Source of the DNA: an uncultured Acidimicrobiia bacterium
GTDB lineage: Bacteria; Actinomycetota; Acidimicrobiia; IMCC26256; JAENVU01
Reading direction: 5' to 3'
Assembly (NCBI GenBank): GCA_963835005.1
Contig: CAWIEA010000001.1
Span: 70,336 to 134,335, forward strand
DNA: 64,000 nucleotides
How positions within the stretch are numbered: position 1 is the stretch's first letter; each line of letters begins with the position of its first letter. Below the pieces are notes generated by a model. The model was given only the letters and a program-made list of their open reading frames with translations. It had not been told where the DNA came from and ran no database searches. The position numbers and the translations under genes are program-made. Shown one piece after another: positions 1 to 9,738 of the stretch.

Positions 1-314
1 GCCTCGAACTCCTTGATGCCGACCTCGACCGGTCCGGCCGCGTTCACGAGGCCGTGGAGCACCCCCCAGCGGTCGGCCACCGTCGCGAACGCAGCCTCCA
101 CCTCGTCCGTCCGGGTCAGGTCAGCCTGCAGCCCGACCGCGTCGGGGCTGCCGTAGGCCTCCAGCGCGCCGACCGTGTCCACGAGCGCAGCCTCGGTGCG
201 GGCGAGGACGGCGACCCGAGCGCCTTCCGCGGCGAGACACTCCGCCGCGGCCCGACCCATCCCCTTCGTCCCACCGCTGACGACGACTGCTGCACCGGCG
301 AGCCCGAGGTCCAC
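1..314 (-). CDS. SDR family oxidoreductase (runs off the window start)
   Basis: Manual translation MDLGLAGAAVVVSGGTKGMGRAAAECLAAEGARVAVLAR...LVNAAG; Gly-rich NAD-binding motif and NAAG motif. Confidence 0.85.
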   Translation of the reverse strand, partial: MDLGLAGAAVVVSGGTKGMGRAAAECLAAEGARVAVLARTEAALVDTVGALEAYGSPDAVGLQADLTRTDEVEAAFATVADRWGVLHGLVNAAGPVEVGIKEFE

Positions 315-353
315 GCGTCGTACGGTACGTCGCGGCCGTGCGAGACTCGTGGC

Positions 354-728
354 ATGAGCGAAGGCCACACGATCACCACCCAGCCCGCGCCGGGTCGCCT
401 GCGCGTCGTCATCGACGGCGAGACGTTCGCCGACAGCACCCGCGCGGTGCAGCTCAACGAGACCGGGCTCCCGGCCCGCTTCTACGTGCCGCGCGAGGAC
501 GTCAGCATGGACAAGCTGACCTCGATCGACCTGAAGACGACGTGCCCCTTCAAGGGGGACGCGGAGTACTGGTCGGCCAAGATCGGCGACCGCGAGCTGA
601 CCGGCATCGCCTGGAGCTACCCCGAGCCCATCGACGGTCGCGCCGACATCACGGGACTCATCTGCTTCTTCGACGAGCGGGTCGACGAGCTCACGCTCGA
701 CGGCGACCCGGTGTCGCACTCCGTCTGA
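354..728 (+). CDS. DUF427 domain protein
   Basis: ETGLPARFYVP, TTCPFKGDAEYWS and AWSYPEP motifs; start moved to ATG 354. Confidence 0.85.
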   Translation: MSEGHTITTQPAPGRLRVVIDGETFADSTRAVQLNETGLPARFYVPREDVSMDKLTSIDLKTTCPFKGDAEYWSAKIGDRELTGIAWSYPEPIDGRADITGLICFFDERVDELTLDGDPVSHSV

Positions 729-744
729 GCGATCCCCCGTCCCC

Positions 745-1686
745 ATGAGCTTCGACGAGCCGGGTCTGGTCGCGGGCGTCCCCATCCGTCCGGTCACGGT
801 CAACCGCCGGCCCGCACTCCTCGCGCTCGCCGCGGCCGCGGTCCTCCTGCTGACGCTCGTCTACCTGCTCGGGGTGCGCACCACCTGGGGCCAGCGCCTC
901 GACGCGACCGCGATGCAGGGCCGCACCGCGTTGCGGCCGCGGGCCGTCGAAGCCGCGTCGCAGCTGCTCGACACGATCTCGGTCGCGTCACTCGTGCTCA
1001 TCGGCGGACTGATCGTGCTCGTGGCGCTCGCGCGTCGTCGTCCGGTGCTGTCGCTCGCGGCCGGCGCGGTGATCGGCGGATCCGTCATCACCACCGAGCT
1101 CCTGAAGAAGGTGATCCTCACCCGCCCGGACCTCGGGATCATCGATCCCATCGGGCTCAAGGCGTCGTTCCCGAGCGGTCACACGACCGTCGCCTTCTCA
1201 CTCGCGATCGCCGCGACCCTCGTCGCACCGTCGCGCCACCGCGGGCTCGTCGCGGTGATCGGCGCGCTGTACGCGACCGGCATCGGCATCGGCGTCGTCG
1301 CGACCGCCAACCACCGGCCGAGCGACCCGATCGGTGCGGTGATGGTCGTGACGGCGTGGGCCGCCTCGATGGCGGCGCTGCTGCAGTCGGTCTCCGTCGA
1401 CACGCCGAGGGACATGGGCAACCGCCGGGTGAGTCCGGCGCTCGCCATCGGGGCTGCGGGCCTCATCTCGTTCGCGTTCGTCGGCCTCGCCGCGACCGTC
1501 GCCGCGATCAAGGCCGACCGGCTCGGCACCATCGGCTTCACCGGCGCGTTCCTCGGGGCCTGCGCCGCGATCACCGGCGCCGTGATGATCGCCGCCGCGG
1601 CGCTGCTCTGGTGCCTGCACGGCGTGACCCTGGATCCTCCGTTCGACGAGATCGTGGAGCTCCAGGCGGACGCGGCGGCAAATTAG
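745..1686 (+). CDS. PAP2-family membrane phosphatase
   Basis: KKVILTRP, SFPSGH and HRPSD motifs; several TM helices. Confidence 0.85.
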   Translation: MSFDEPGLVAGVPIRPVTVNRRPALLALAAAAVLLLTLVYLLGVRTTWGQRLDATAMQGRTALRPRAVEAASQLLDTISVASLVLIGGLIVLVALARRRPVLSLAAGAVIGGSVITTELLKKVILTRPDLGIIDPIGLKASFPSGHTTVAFSLAIAATLVAPSRHRGLVAVIGALYATGIGIGVVATANHRPSDPIGAVMVVTAWAASMAALLQSVSVDTPRDMGNRRVSPALAIGAAGLISFAFVGLAATVAAIKADRLGTIGFTGAFLGACAAITGAVMIAAAALLWCLHGVTLDPPFDEIVELQADAAAN

Positions 1687-1957
1687 ATCTGGCGACGACT
1701 CGACGAGATCGTCGAGCTCGCGATGGAGGGTCATTCGCGACCCGCCGCACGGCAGAACGTCGAGGTGACGCCGTCACCGACCGGGAGGGGCATTCGCGAC
1801 CCGTCGTTCGACGACTCCGTCGAGCTCCGGTCCGAGTGCAACCCGTCGTGTGTCGCTCGGCGACAAGGTTCGGGAACTCGCGACTCAGCCGACGCGTTAG
1901 GTGGGCACCAGCACACACGGTGTTCACCTGACACCCCGAACCCACGGATGACCATCA

Positions 1958-2335
1958 GTGAAGCGACGCGTGCGAGCTCCGAACCATCGCCCACCCAACC
2001 CGCCGTCGATCCGACGATCACCCAAGGCGGACCTCCGCCTCACCTGGACGGGTGGGGTGACCGGGTACGAGGGCCGGGTGCGGCTCGGCGGCGTCGCGAC
2101 CGGCTGGGCGACCATCCCGGACGTGTGCGGCGCGACCTGGGACGCGACCGTCAGCGAGATCGACGGCTGCGACGTCCCACCCGGGTTCGTCACGCTCGAG
2201 CTGCTGGAGGGTCCCCGCCGCGGGCTCTTCGCCCTCGGCGACCTCGAGCTTCGCGACCTGATCATCGACGTGCAGAACCCCGGGGCCATGGCCACCGTCA
2301 TCGGCCGCAGCGAGTTCGGACCACCGCTCGCGTGA
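1958..2335 (+). CDS. hypothetical protein (5' end uncertain)
   Basis: C-terminal part has globular composition and GC3-rich codons; no recognisable motif. Confidence 0.45.
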   Translation: MKRRVRAPNHRPPNPPSIRRSPKADLRLTWTGGVTGYEGRVRLGGVATGWATIPDVCGATWDATVSEIDGCDVPPGFVTLELLEGPRRGLFALGDLELRDLIIDVQNPGAMATVIGRSEFGPPLA

Positions 2336-2668
2336 CGCTCGGGGCGGCGCGCGCAGCGGCCCGGGGTCCGTCCCTGAACCGCCGGGCCACCACGTTCGCT
2401 CCCCCGGTGTCGATCGGTCGAGACCACCGGAAGCGCGAGCGAGGCCTACCCCGGAACGGGTGGGTTCACGCCAACCGCGGTGAGTGTCGTCGCGCTGACA
2501 GACACGGCCGACTCGGTCGACGACACTCCCTGCGGGCGGGCCCGGCGTGAATCGTCGGGACCAGGAGGGACCAACGCCGTCGTCCAGATCGCAACGGGCG
2601 ACGAACGCTGGAAGGTGACCCACGCGCCGGCGGCGTTCGGAGGCGCCAGGGCGTGGGGTGAGCGAGCA

Positions 2669-2712
2669 CGAGCCTCGGAGACCGCGGTCCCCAGCGCGGT
2701 CACCGAGGCTCG
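2669..2712 (-). terminator. 18-bp stem hairpin (1 mismatch), probable terminator
   Basis: cgagcctcggagaccgcg / gtccccag / cgcggtcaccgaggctcg. Confidence 0.55.
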
Positions 2713-2719
2713 ACTCGCG
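2692..2719. repeat. 28-bp direct repeat, left copy
   Basis: cagcgcggtcaccgaggctcgactcgcg, identical to 4135-4162. Confidence 0.95.
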
Positions 2720-4134
2720 CCTGGCCCTTGCCGTGAGCGGCGTTGCGCCTGGTCGGGGCGAGTCTGCCGCCGACACCGGGGCGTCAAGCAACAAGCGTCG
2801 CCAACCGGGGCGACCCTCTGGCCCACGACAGGGCTCCGACGCCAGTCGAAGACCACGGCCGAGGCGATACTCCGACAGCTAACTCTTGGGGTAGCCGTCG
2901 AGATAGTTTTGGCCGCTGGAGTCCGGATTCTCATCCCACACTTCATCGTTTTCAGCAAAGTTGCGCAGGGTCGGGTCAAGCTCGAATGCCCGCGTCAAGT
3001 TCTGGCGGACGGCGTCTTCGTGGGCTTGACGTGCCGCGTTGCACGCGAGGTTGTAGTACGCGGCTGCGAACCTCGGGTTGATCGCTAGCGCTCGACGGTA
3101 GATCGCGTCCGCGTCTTCATAGCGGCCCTGGTAGCTCCCGCGGATTGCACCCGCGAATAGCAACGGACGAGGATCTGACGGGTCTTGCTCGAACTCGGAT
3201 TCAAGGAGCTGCACCGCTTCGTCGTACAAAGCGCCACGAACGAGTTCTTGAGCGACACGTCGGTAGTCTTCCGCGGTAAAGGACGGTCGGGTAGTAGCCG
3301 CTTCGAGACCGAGCATGCGCCGGTAGAGCTGCAATGCTTCTTTTCGCTCCGCCTTCGGTGGCTGAAGAGAGGCGGTCTCTGTCGGCGGAAGCTTGTCATC
3401 GGTGACGCTGGGCGGGAGCTGCGCGATCGACCGCTTCGCCTCACTGATGCCCTGGCTGACAGAATCGGCTTGGTGGAGAGCGGCGCCGAGGCGAAGGCTC
3501 GTCATGAGGTAGCCGAGGATGAACCCGACCACGAGGTTCATGGCAACAAGGACAACTGCAAAGGGGGCTGCCGCATCGCCGCCGCCGAGACCCGGAGCGA
3601 GGTAATCCCCGAGCTCACTGAAGGCGTCAGGCAAGCGCCCAAGCTGGGTAAGTCCAGCGCCGAGCAATAGCTTGGTCAGCCAATCGGAAACCTGACCGAG
3701 GTTGCTGTTCTGCACGTACCCGCCAGCGGCTCTGCCACTGGAAGCGGGCGCGAGATCGTTGGTGTCACCTTGGGCTGTCGCAAGGAGCTGGCGAGGCACT
3801 CCAAAGATCAGACCGAGAAACCCACCGACCGCAGCCGCTGCGAAAGCCGCGTAGACACCACAAGCCCATACGGAACCTACAGAATCCGGCTGCGCAACAG
3901 CGAATACCAGCGCGACCGCCACATCAGCCACGACGATTCCGAGGAGCCACCACACGAGGGTGCCACCCGGCGCGCCCGCCTTATCACCGTCTGTCATCTG
4001 CCTGCCCCTGCCCTACGCCGCCTGGGTATTACCGGCAGCTGCTTGCAACGTATTAACGCCTATCCAGGCGCACGCGTCAACCAGAACAGGGGGACACCTC
4101 CGACTCGCCCGAGGTCAAGCAGTCCATGGACCTA
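2720..4134. mobile_element. putative horizontally acquired cassette between direct repeats; no integrase
   Basis: Perfect 28-bp flanking repeats; visibly lower GC (2881-2940 is 33/60 G+C versus 43/60 at 841-900). Confidence 0.5.
2879..3997 (-). CDS. membrane protein with N-terminal TM domain and C-terminal TPR repeats
   Basis: 3-4 hydrophobic helices with GLIFGVP...NSNLGQVSDWLTKLLLGAGL; TPR-like YRRALAINPRFAAAYYNLAC and AFELDP. Confidence 0.85.
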   Translation of the reverse strand: MTDGDKAGAPGGTLVWWLLGIVVADVAVALVFAVAQPDSVGSVWACGVYAAFAAAAVGGFLGLIFGVPRQLLATAQGDTNDLAPASSGRAAGGYVQNSNLGQVSDWLTKLLLGAGLTQLGRLPDAFSELGDYLAPGLGGGDAAAPFAVVLVAMNLVVGFILGYLMTSLRLGAALHQADSVSQGISEAKRSIAQLPPSVTDDKLPPTETASLQPPKAERKEALQLYRRMLGLEAATTRPSFTAEDYRRVAQELVRGALYDEAVQLLESEFEQDPSDPRPLLFAGAIRGSYQGRYEDADAIYRRALAINPRFAAAYYNLACNAARQAHEDAVRQNLTRAFELDPTLRNFAENDEVWDENPDSSGQNYLDGYPKS

Positions 4135-4162
4135 CAGCGCGGTCACCGAGGCTCGACTCGCG
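4135..4162. repeat. 28-bp direct repeat, right copy; contains the stop codon of 4143-4472
   Basis: Identical to 2692-2719. Confidence 0.95.
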
Positions 4163-4472
4163 TCAAGCCCGTCCCGCGCACCGTGTTGCCTTCGGCGTCG
4201 TCCGCCGACTCGCGCCCGGCCTTCGCGACCCGCCCCGACTTCAACGCGTTGCCCTCGGAGCCCTCGCGGGTGTCGTCGCCCGTCAAGCCCCGGCGCAGCG
4301 GCATGTTCCCCTCGGCGTCCTCCGCTTCGGGCGCGCCGGCCTCGACCTTGCGGAACGGCATGTTCCCCTCCGAGTCGTCCGGCGCCTCGTCGCCCGAGAC
4401 ACCCCGCTTCAACGGCACGTTCCCCTCGGTGTCCTGCGGCTCGCCCGCGTCCACGATCCTGATCCTCGGCAT
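4143..4472 (-). CDS. small repetitive protein with five (D/G)xEGN units; putative multicore peptide precursor
   Basis: DTEGN, DSEGN, DAEGN, GSEGN, DAEGN spaced 19/19/19/21 aa; AGGGGAG RBS before ATG 4472. Confidence 0.75.
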   Translation of the reverse strand: MPRIRIVDAGEPQDTEGNVPLKRGVSGDEAPDDSEGNMPFRKVEAGAPEAEDAEGNMPLRRGLTGDDTREGSEGNALKSGRVAKAGRESADDAEGNTVRGTGLTRVEPR

Positions 4473-4671
4473 GGTGACTCCCCTTCTCCGCTGTCCGTTC
4501 CCGGCGAGTGGCCGGTCGGTGGCGCGGAGTGTCACGTCCGGACCCGGGGGCCAGTGTCAGTTCGGCGACACCGGTGCGAAGCTGGCACCAATTGGGGGCT
4601 TTCCCGACCTCCGGGCTTTACGCACCTTGCGGTCACTCTGCGACGACCCGACCTCCGCCCGAGACGCGAAG

Positions 4672-4695
4672 CAGCCCCGACCGGAGTCGGGGCTG
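4672..4695 (-). terminator. hairpin downstream of tRNA-Val
   Basis: cagccccgac-cgga-gtcggggctg, 10-bp stem. Confidence 0.55.
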
Positions 4696-4711
4696 ACCTT
4701 CTGGTTCGCGC

Positions 4712-4786
4712 TGGTGGGCGATAGAGGATTCGAACCTCTGACCCCTTCCGCGTCAAGGAAGTGCTCTACCCCTGAGCTAATCGCCC
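4712..4786 (-). tRNA. tRNA-Val(GAC)
   Basis: GGGCGATTAGCTCAGGGGTAGAGC...CTTCC-TTGACGC-GGAAG...GGTTCGAATCC...CGCCCACCA cloverleaf with encoded CCA. Confidence 0.97.
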
Positions 4787-4930
4787 GTGACCCCACCGGT
4801 GGGACCGGGCCGGGACAGCGTAGTCGCCGACCCCAGGTTCCCCTCAGGTCGGCCTCCCGGGTGTCCGATAGGTCCGAATCGGCAGCGCAACGCGGGGCCG
4901 AGCGGACGGAGGACGCGAACGTTGGACAGG

Positions 4931-6217
4931 GTGCCCGGCGCCAGGTTGCTGATCGTGGTGGGAGTGACCCTCTCCCTCGCCACCGCCACGGCGCCGGCCA
5001 TCGCGTCCGCGACCCCGGCTTCGCCCGAGCCCGGAGCCGGGGCGCAGTCCGGCGCACCCCTGCCTCCGGCCGCGGCCGCGAGCGAGGCGGAGGACGCGTA
5101 CCAGGACCAGACCCTCGCCAACGGCCAGACCGCGCCGATCGTCACCGTCGAGAGCTCGTCGACCGGTCCCACCATCGTGAGTCACGACGTCACCTCGAGC
5201 GCACAGGCGCGCGCGGTCGCGACGAGCGCGGCCGCGGGCAACGACCTGATCGCGGTCGAGGCCGACACCCGCGTCCGGGCGATCGGCGGCGCGCCGACGA
5301 CCGACCAGTACGCGGCCAACCAGTGGGCATTGGACCCGACGAGGACGACGTTCAGCACGGCCTGGAAGACGACCGTCGGAAAGAACGTCAAGGTCGCGGT
5401 CATCGACACCGGCGTGCAGGCGGACCACCCCGACCTGGCCGGGCAGGTGCTCGCGGGCAAGGCGTTCCTCAAGGGAGCGACGGGCGCGACCGCGCTCAAC
5501 CCGAGGATCGACGGCTGCGGCCACGGGACGCACGTGGCCGGCACCATCGCCGCGCTGAAGAGCAACGGGATCGGGATCAGCGGCGCGGCACCGGGAGTGA
5601 AGATCATCCCGGTCAAGGTCTTGAACTGTGGCGGGTACGCATCCGATGTCGCGAACGGCATCAAGTGGGCCGCGAACAGCGGTGCCAGGGTGATCAACCT
5701 CAGCCTCGGCGGCGCGTCCGAGGATGCGGGTCAGGACGCGGCGATCTCGTACGCCCGCAGCAAGGGCGTCGTCGTGGTCGCGGCGGCCGGCAACAACTGG
5801 TTCGACGCGACCTGCAACCCGCTCGGCGACAACAAGACCTCCTACCCGGGGGCGTCGCCCGGCGTGATCGGCGTCGCTGCGATCCAGTCGAACTTCGCGC
5901 GCGCGTGCTTCTCCAACATCGGCGCCTACATCGACCTCGCGGGCCCGGGCTCGAGCGTCCTCTCGACGTATCCGCCGGCGCTGACGCCACCGGGGTTCGC
6001 GCCGTACATGTACATGAGCGGGACGTCGATGGCGACGCCCTACGTGGCCGCGGCCGCGGCGCTCGTCCTCGGCAAGTGGCCGAGGTGCAAGCCGGATTAC
6101 GTCCAGAAGCGGCTGCAGAACCGGGCCAAGCGCCTGGGGGGCACCCGCGGGCGGAACAACAGCTACGGCTACGGGCTCATCGACCCCGCCCGAGCGATCG
6201 CGGGCACCAGCTGCTGA
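4931..6217 (+). CDS. secreted S8 subtilisin-like serine peptidase
   Basis: Signal peptide; catalytic triad motifs VAVIDTG, HGTHVAG, GTSMATP; AAAGN oxyanion motif; start approximate. Confidence 0.93.
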   Translation: MPGARLLIVVGVTLSLATATAPAIASATPASPEPGAGAQSGAPLPPAAAASEAEDAYQDQTLANGQTAPIVTVESSSTGPTIVSHDVTSSAQARAVATSAAAGNDLIAVEADTRVRAIGGAPTTDQYAANQWALDPTRTTFSTAWKTTVGKNVKVAVIDTGVQADHPDLAGQVLAGKAFLKGATGATALNPRIDGCGHGTHVAGTIAALKSNGIGISGAAPGVKIIPVKVLNCGGYASDVANGIKWAANSGARVINLSLGGASEDAGQDAAISYARSKGVVVVAAAGNNWFDATCNPLGDNKTSYPGASPGVIGVAAIQSNFARACFSNIGAYIDLAGPGSSVLSTYPPALTPPGFAPYMYMSGTSMATPYVAAAAALVLGKWPRCKPDYVQKRLQNRAKRLGGTRGRNNSYGYGLIDPARAIAGTSC

Positions 6218-6220
6218 CGA

Positions 6221-8790
6221 TCACTCGTGGGCGATCGCCTCGAGGACGTCGAGGCGGGACGCGTGCCAGGCCGGCAGCAACGCCGCGACGAGACCGGCGA
6301 TGACGGATGCGACGAGGAACAGTGCGAGCTGGCCGCTCGGGATGCTGAACGCGTCGACGAACTGCCCCTTCAACGCGTTGGTCACGCCCCAGCCCCACAT
6401 CAGCCCGACGAGCAGTCCGAGCACGCAGCCGATCACCGCGATGATCACCGACTCGCCACAGACCATCCCCCACACCTGGCGCCGGCTCGTCCCGACCGTC
6501 CGCAGCAGCCCCACCTCGCGGGTCCGCTCGTAGATCGACAGCATCAGCGTGTTCACGATGCCGAGCACCGCGATCACCTCGGACAGCAGCAGGAGCGCGA
6601 TGAAGACGTTCACGAACTGGTTGACCGTGTCCTCGCGCGCCGCGAGGTAGCCCGCACGGTCCTCGACGTCGACGTTCGGGAACGGCTGGTCGAGCGCGTG
6701 CCGGAGCCGGGGGCCGACCGCTTCGGACTCGCCCGGCGCCGCCTTCACGTAGAGCAGCGTGTCCTGCTGCGTGCCGCTGAAGAGCTGGGAGAACAGGCGC
6801 TTGGACACCATGAAGTCGATCGGGAACGCACCCGAGAAGCGGCGGGTCTTGTAGATCCCGACGACGTCGAGCCGCTGCGGACCGACCGTCGGGAACTCGA
6901 TGGTGATCGGGTCCCCGACTTTCTTGCCGTATCCCTCGGCCTCGCGGTCCGAGAGCATGATCCCGCCGGCCCCGAGCCCCGATGTGCTCCCCGAGACCAT
7001 CCGGAGGTCGATGACGTCTCGGAGCCCGCGGATGTCCGCGCCGTTCACGGTCTCGTCGTTGCCGTCGATGCGGACGTCGCCCCAGCGGAACGCAACCGCG
7101 CGATCGACACCCGGCACGTCGCGCACACGTTCGGCAACCTTCGGTGAGAACCCGGCGAACTGGGGCGCGGTGAGGATGTAGTCGGCGCGGACGTCGGTGA
7201 GCGCGTCGCGGACGGACGTCTTCAAGGAGTCGGCGAAGATCGCGACAAGCGCGACGAGCGCGAGCCCGACGATGAGCGCAGCCGCGGTCGCGGACGTCCG
7301 CTTGGGGTTCCGCATCGCGTTGCCCCGCGCGAGTGTGCCGGTGACCCCGAAGGCGACGGGGAGCGGCCGGCCGATGACGTTCGACAGCGGGCGTGCGATG
7401 AGCGGCCCGAACGTGACGAGGCCGAGGAACACGATGAAGCCGCCGATGAACGTGATCGCGACCGAGTTGTTGACCGTGAGATCGGCCGTGAACCCGTAGA
7501 CGCCGACGCCGACGCCGACCGCGGTGACGGCCAGCCCGGCGAGCGCGCGACCGAGCTTGGGTCGAGAGAACGCCGACGGCCGCAGGTCGCTGATCGCGGC
7601 GATCGGCGACGTCCGCGCCGCGCGGACGGCCGGCACCACCGCCGCGGCCATCGTGACGCCGACGCCGACGACCCCCGACACCCACACCGTCCGCCCGAGC
7701 ACCACCAGCGAGCTCGCCGGCACCGGGAACCCGAAGCCGGGCAGCGCCCAGAGCAGCAGCTGCGCGAGCCCGATCCCGAGCACCAGCCCGACCGCCGACG
7801 CGAGGACTCCGATCACCGCGGCTTCGGCCAGCACCGATCCGATCACCTGCGGGCCGCTCGCTCCCATGGCCCGCAACAGCCCCAGCTCGCGCGGTCCGCT
7901 GCGAGACGAGGATCGTGAACGTGTTGAAGATGATGAAGCCGCCGACGAGCAACCCGACGCCCGCGAACGCCGAGCAGGGCGTCGTTCAGGTAGGAGAGGA
8001 ACTCGTCGACCGGCGCACGGGTCTCGTCGGCGACGACGGCCGCGGTCGTGACCTCGAAGCTCCCGTCGCTGCGACCCTGGTTGAGGCGGTCGTTCAGCGC
8101 GCGCTCCACGCTTCCGGCAACGTGGTGCCGGGCGCGACCCGTAGGTAGATCGCGTCGTACGTACCCGGTGCGCCGAACACCCGCTGCGCCGTGTGCGGGT
8201 CGAACGCGGCGAAGCTCACGGCGCCGAAGTCGCCCTCGGTGCCGAGCGTGAAGAGCCCGACGATCCGGAACGGCTCCGCCTCGCCCTCGGCCAGGACGCG
8301 CACGCGATCTCCGACCGCGAAGCCGTGACGACGGGCGGTGCCCGGGTCCATCGCGACCTCGCCGTCGCGGACCGGCGCCCGACCGGCCGCGATCCGGGCC
8401 GGCCCGACGTGGTCGCCCCCGGCCCACGAGATGCCGAACGTCGGCGCGCCCGCGCTCTGGATCGCGGTCCCGTCCTTGTCGACGAACTGGGCGTAGCCCT
8501 GCAGGAAGCCATCGGCCGCCGTCGACCCCGGGCACGGTGCGGACCGCGTCGAGCAGGCCCTCCGGGATGCGCTGGCGGGTGCCCTGCCCGTCCCCGAACG
8601 GAGCACGGCTGCGGACCACGAGGTCGACGCCCGCCGCGTACTGGGAGAAGAGCGTGCCGAACGAGTGCTTGAGCGTGTCGGTGAGGACGTAGGTCCCGCT
8701 CACGAAGGTGACGCCGAGGACGACCGCCAGCGCCGTGAGCGCCAGGCGCACCTTCCGGGCGATCACGCCCTTGACCGTCGCCCTCCACAT
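6221..8790 (-). CDS. ABC transporter permease, FtsX/MacB-like (several apparent frameshifts)
   Basis: RLALTALAVVLGVTFVSGT; IFNTFTILVSQR; GIVNTLMLSIYERTREVGLLR; split over several frames. Confidence 0.88.
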
Positions 8791-8867
8791 CGGCGCCATT
8801 GTCGCCCAGGGTCCGGGCCGCTCGGGCATCGCCTGTCTCGCGCCGGGGCTCGTAGGGTGCGCCGTCC

Positions 8868-9696
8868 ATGGGACTGCTCGACGGGCACCGCGCACTGATC
8901 ACCGGCGGCGCCTCCGGCATCGGCCGGGCCACCGCGAGGCGCATGACGGAGGAGGGCGCCCGCGTCGCCGTCGTCGACCTCGACGGAGACCGGGCGCAGG
9001 CCGTCGCGGACGAGATCGACGGGCTCGCCTACCAGGCCGATGTCAGCGACTTCCACGCGCTCGCCGCCGCCGTCGATGCCGCGGCCGAGCAGCTCGGTGG
9101 GCTGTCGCTGCTGTTCAACAACGCGGGGACGAGCACGATGCACCGCATCCACGAGTGGCCGCTCGAGGAGTGGGAGCGCGTCGTCGGCATCAACCTGAGC
9201 GGCGTCTTCCACGGCTTCCGGGCCGGGATCCCCCACCTCCTGGCCAGCGGCGACGGCCGGGTCGTGAGCACGGCCTCCATCAGCGGAACCCGCCCCGCGG
9301 CGGGTGAGGCGCCCTACTCCGCGGCCAAGGCGGCCGTCGTGGCGCTCACCGCGAACGCGGCGCTCGAGTACGGGCCGACGGTCCGGGTCAACGCCGTGTC
9401 GCCGGGGATGATCCGCACCACGCTCACCGAGCCGCTGTTCGGCATCTTCCCCGACCTCGAGCAGCGCTTCGAGGACGGCACGCCCGTCGGCCGGACCGGC
9501 GAGCCCGAGGACATCGCGGACGTCGTCGTCTTCCTCTGCTCGGACCTGGCCCGCTTCGTCACCGGCCAGAACCTGGTGGTGGACGGCGGGCTCACGCTGC
9601 ACGGGTCCGGCGTGGACGGCATCCTCGATCGGGTCGAATCACTCATGCGCGGACCACGACACCGCTTCCGACGATCTCCCCGGGCCCGACGCCTGA
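8868..9696 (+). CDS. SDR family oxidoreductase
   Basis: TGGASGIG, NNAG, YSAAK, VTGQNLVVDGG; 3' end inferred across a probable frameshift. Confidence 0.9.
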
Positions 9697-9738
9697 GGTT
9701 CATCGTCGGGCGGCCGGGGGCGGTAGGTTCCACGCCCG

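Noticed and set aside
4143-4472. 57-bp periodic DNA repeat as a possible CRISPR array
   Set aside because: The repeats are degenerate, in frame and conserved at protein level; no cas genes are present
4712-4786. tRNA-Val (and tRNA-Gly) as an integration site of a prophage or ICE
   Set aside because: No duplicated tRNA 3' end and no integrase were seen in the window
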